Positions 59,689 to 64,000 of a stretch of 64,000 nt of DNA are shown here, in pieces (position 1 is the stretch's first letter; every line of letters begins with the position of its first letter). The notes under the pieces are model-generated. The model saw nothing but the letters and a program-made list of their open reading frames with translations. It was not told where the DNA came from and did not search any database. This DNA comes from Nitrospirota bacterium (GTDB taxonomy: Bacteria > Nitrospirota > Thermodesulfovibrionia > Thermodesulfovibrionales > Dissulfurispiraceae): the NCBI GenBank assembly GCA_963710375.1, contig CAVPZX010000002.1:928001-992000 (forward strand), written 5' to 3'. The translations under genes were made by a program, and so were the position numbers.

Positions 59689-61270
59689 TTATTTGCGTGC
59701 CTTGAATTTGATAACTGCCTCTGTCCCTCTGTCCACCCTCATCTCCAGGTTTGCCCTTAGCTGTTTGCACAGAACGTTGACTATCTGTAATCCTAATGTG
59801 TTTGAATTTCTAAAATCAACATTTTCCGGCAGGCCGATTCCGTTGTCTTTAATAGTAAGGATATATGCATCATCTTCCTTAACAAAACTGATGCTCAGAC
59901 TCGCCGCTTCTGTTGTCAGGGAAGGCATATTTGTATGCATTTGTTACGAGTTCATTTATTATTAAGCTGCAGGGGATAGCGGAATCAATGTCAAGGGTCA
60001 AGTCCTCAATGTTGAGCTTAATTTCAATTGTACGATTATGCTTGTGGTAAATTGATTCCAGCTCCTTTATTACATCGATAATAAAGTCTTTATAGTTGAT
60101 GCGGGAAAAATCCTTTTTTTGGTATAGATGCTCATGGACAAGCGCCATTGATTTCATGCGCTGCTTCATTTCTTCAAGCGACTGCCGCAGACTTTCATCA
60201 GTAATGCCCTCTGCCTGTAAACCGAGAAGACTGGATATGACAGCCAGGTTGTTCTTAACCCTGTGATGTATCTCCCTGAGAAGCGCCTCTTTTTCTATCA
60301 GAGATTGTTTTATCTGTTCTTCGGCCTTCTTGCGCTCGTCGATAGTACGGAGGAGCACTGCATTGATCTTAGAAATTGACACATACCGCCAAAATGCTAA
60401 ACCACTGATGGCGGCAATCAGAAAAACGCCGCTTACAGCAAATACCCTCTTGTTTGTCCAATAAGGTGTAGGCGCCCCATACCATTTGAGGTAGATCCGC
60501 TGATATTCAGGGCCGCTCACAAAGTCTTTCAGGGTTTTGTTAATCAGCCCGAGCAGTTGAACATTGTCCTTTCGTACAGCCAGGCATCTTTGCAGCTCAA
60601 AGAAAGGCTTCCCGACTTTTTGAATACGATCTTCCAGGCCGGTTTCCCTCGTCTGTTTCAGGACCATGGCTTCCTCGCCGGCGAACAGGCCGATCTCACC
60701 GGCGAGCAGACCGAACAGGCCTTCCCGATAATTCCCATATAGTTGAAGCCTCATGCCTACCCGGTCTCTCAATTTCTCGAGGGACATGCAATCTTTTAGA
60801 ACGCCCACTACATGTTTGGAAGGCAGTCTTGCAGGATCTACATCGCTTTGAGAGCGGGAAAAAAAGGAAAGGTATGTTGTGTTGACTGGGATGCTGAACC
60901 ACAGCTTCTTTTCGCGCTCCCTGCTCTTGACCAGGACACCAAAGTCAGCGTCGCCCTTTTCGATAGCATCCATAATATCTTCCGAACCATTTCTGCAAAT
61001 GTAACTCACGCGGAGCCCTGCACGCGAGGCAACACTGTCAATGATATCCACAAAGAAACCGGAAGGGGTGCTGGTAGTCTCTTTCCAGTAAGAGATCGGA
61101 CTGTAATCACAGCGTATAACTGCAACAATCGATGAGGGTTTCTTCAGCTCATTGACAGGTTCGGCCCGCGAGGAGTTAAAGCACGCAAGGACCACGATCA
61201 TTGTGATCAGGAAAAGTCTAATAGCATCTCTCATATGGACCGCAAATATCTGGAGCACTTCTGCTCCCAT
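59689..61270 (-). CDS. Sensor histidine kinase (periplasmic SBP_bac_3-like domain, HisKA_2); one-base insertion at ~59899
   Basis: REIHHRVKNNL, NELVTNAYKYAF; the ATPase end (DNGIGLP, LGLQIV) in ORF 59689-59940 joins if AGTCT is read as AGCT. Confidence 0.85.
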
Positions 61271-61272
61271 TC

Positions 61273-63177
<1,905 letters not shown>

Positions 63178-63216
63178 AATAAAAGGTGCTCCCGGGTAAT
63201 ACTCTTTATGTTTTAA

Positions 63217-64000
63217 TTAAAGGAAAAGCGAGCGCTTCTCTTTTAGTGCTGCCTCGATAAATCCTTTGAACAAGGGATGGGGCTCTATTGGCTTTGACTT
63301 GAACTCCGGATGGAACTGGCAGCCCACAAACCAGGGGTGATCTTTCAGCTCAACAATTTCGACGAGTTCCCCATCAGGCGAGGTACCGCTTATTTCGAGC
63401 CCTTTGCAGCAGAGTAACTCACGATAGTCATTGTTGAATTCATACCTGTGCCGGTGGCGTTCCGATATCTCTTTTGTTCCGTAAGCCTTGAACGCGCGCG
63501 TACCTTCTTTAAGCACGCAAGGGTAGGCACCCAGCCTCATAGTCCCGCCCATCTGAGAGTCTTTGGAGCGCTCCTCAACTTTGCCTGTCCTGTGGTTGAA
63601 CCACTTGCCCATTAGAAAGATTACAGGATCTTTTATGCGCTGATCAAATTCAGTGCTATTTGCCTGAAGCCCGCAAACGCTGCGGCCGAATTCGATAACT
63701 GCTGTTTGCATTCCAAGGCAGATACCGAAATAGGGGACCTTTTTCTCTCTCGCATACCTGATGGCCGTAATTTTGCCCTCGATGCCTCTTGATCCGAACC
63801 CCCCAGGGACAAGGATTCCATCCACCTCGGAAAGAAGATCTTCCGCACCCTTTTCCTCTATCTCTTCAGAATCGGCCCAGACCAGGGTCACACGTGAATT
63901 ATTCGCTATGCCGCCGTGCAGCAACGCTTCGGCAAGGCTTTTATAAGCGTCCTTCAGTTCTACATACTTTCCGACTATGGCAATGGTAGTCTCAAATTCT
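63217..64000 (-). CDS. pyrG: CTP synthase, C-terminal glutaminase domain (5' end outside window)
   Basis: [39 protein letters not shown]. Confidence 0.95.
   Translation of the reverse strand, partial: EFETTIAIVGKYVELKDAYKSLAEALLHGGIANNSRVTLVWADSEEIEEKGAEDLLSEVDGILVPGGFGSRGIEGKITAIRYAREKKVPYFGICLGMQTAVIEFGRSVCGLQANSTEFDQRIKDPVIFLMGKWFNHRTGKVEERSKDSQMGGTMRLGAYPCVLKEGTRAFKAYGTKEISERHRHRYEFNNDYRELLCCKGLEISGTSPDGELVEIVELKDHPWFVGCQFHPEFKSKPIEPHPLFKGFIEAALKEKRSLFL

Noticed and set aside
13461..61270. Genome decay or programmed frameshifting as the cause of the ten split genes
   Set aside because: Each gene has a single indel, with no visible further decay and no slippery heptamer. Nine share the AGCT context, so a systematic sequencing error is more parsimonious.

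Overview
A 64-kb bacterial chromosomal window from an anaerobe. Gene content suggests Nitrospirota (Thermodesulfovibrionia-like) or a deltaproteobacterial-type organism, but this is inference only. In order it holds: (1) a fatty-acid/acyl-CoA catabolic cluster (FadH, enoyl-CoA hydratase, a MerR regulator with two LiuR-like operator boxes, a FadF/EMO-type membrane Fe-S oxidoreductase and EtfBA); (2) a six-gene hydrogenase-4-like Ehr complex whose large subunit lacks the Ni-binding CxxC motifs; (3) a CDF transporter; (4) a ~14-kb block (Liv-type ABC transporter, two MCPs, sensors, CheY, sigma54-type promoters) bracketed by two inverted copies of a MITE; (5) maf, a HI0933-family flavoprotein, DUF2950, a repeat protein, bacterioferritin and a second MITE; (6) a cluster of ArsR, a small exported Cys-tailed protein, a 9-10-heme cytochrome c, a DUF3373-like beta-barrel, TlpA and a lipoprotein, which is the best candidate for an undescribed system; (7) housekeeping genes (split transketolase, ftsEX-envC-ctpA, uvrC, PBP1A, parAB, sensor kinases, ftsH, pyrG). 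Ten genes are broken by single-base indels. Nine can be repaired by restoring the tetranucleotide AGCT, which points to systematic long-read errors at a methylated AGCT motif rather than real pseudogenes. No rRNA, tRNA, CRISPR array or transposase was seen.
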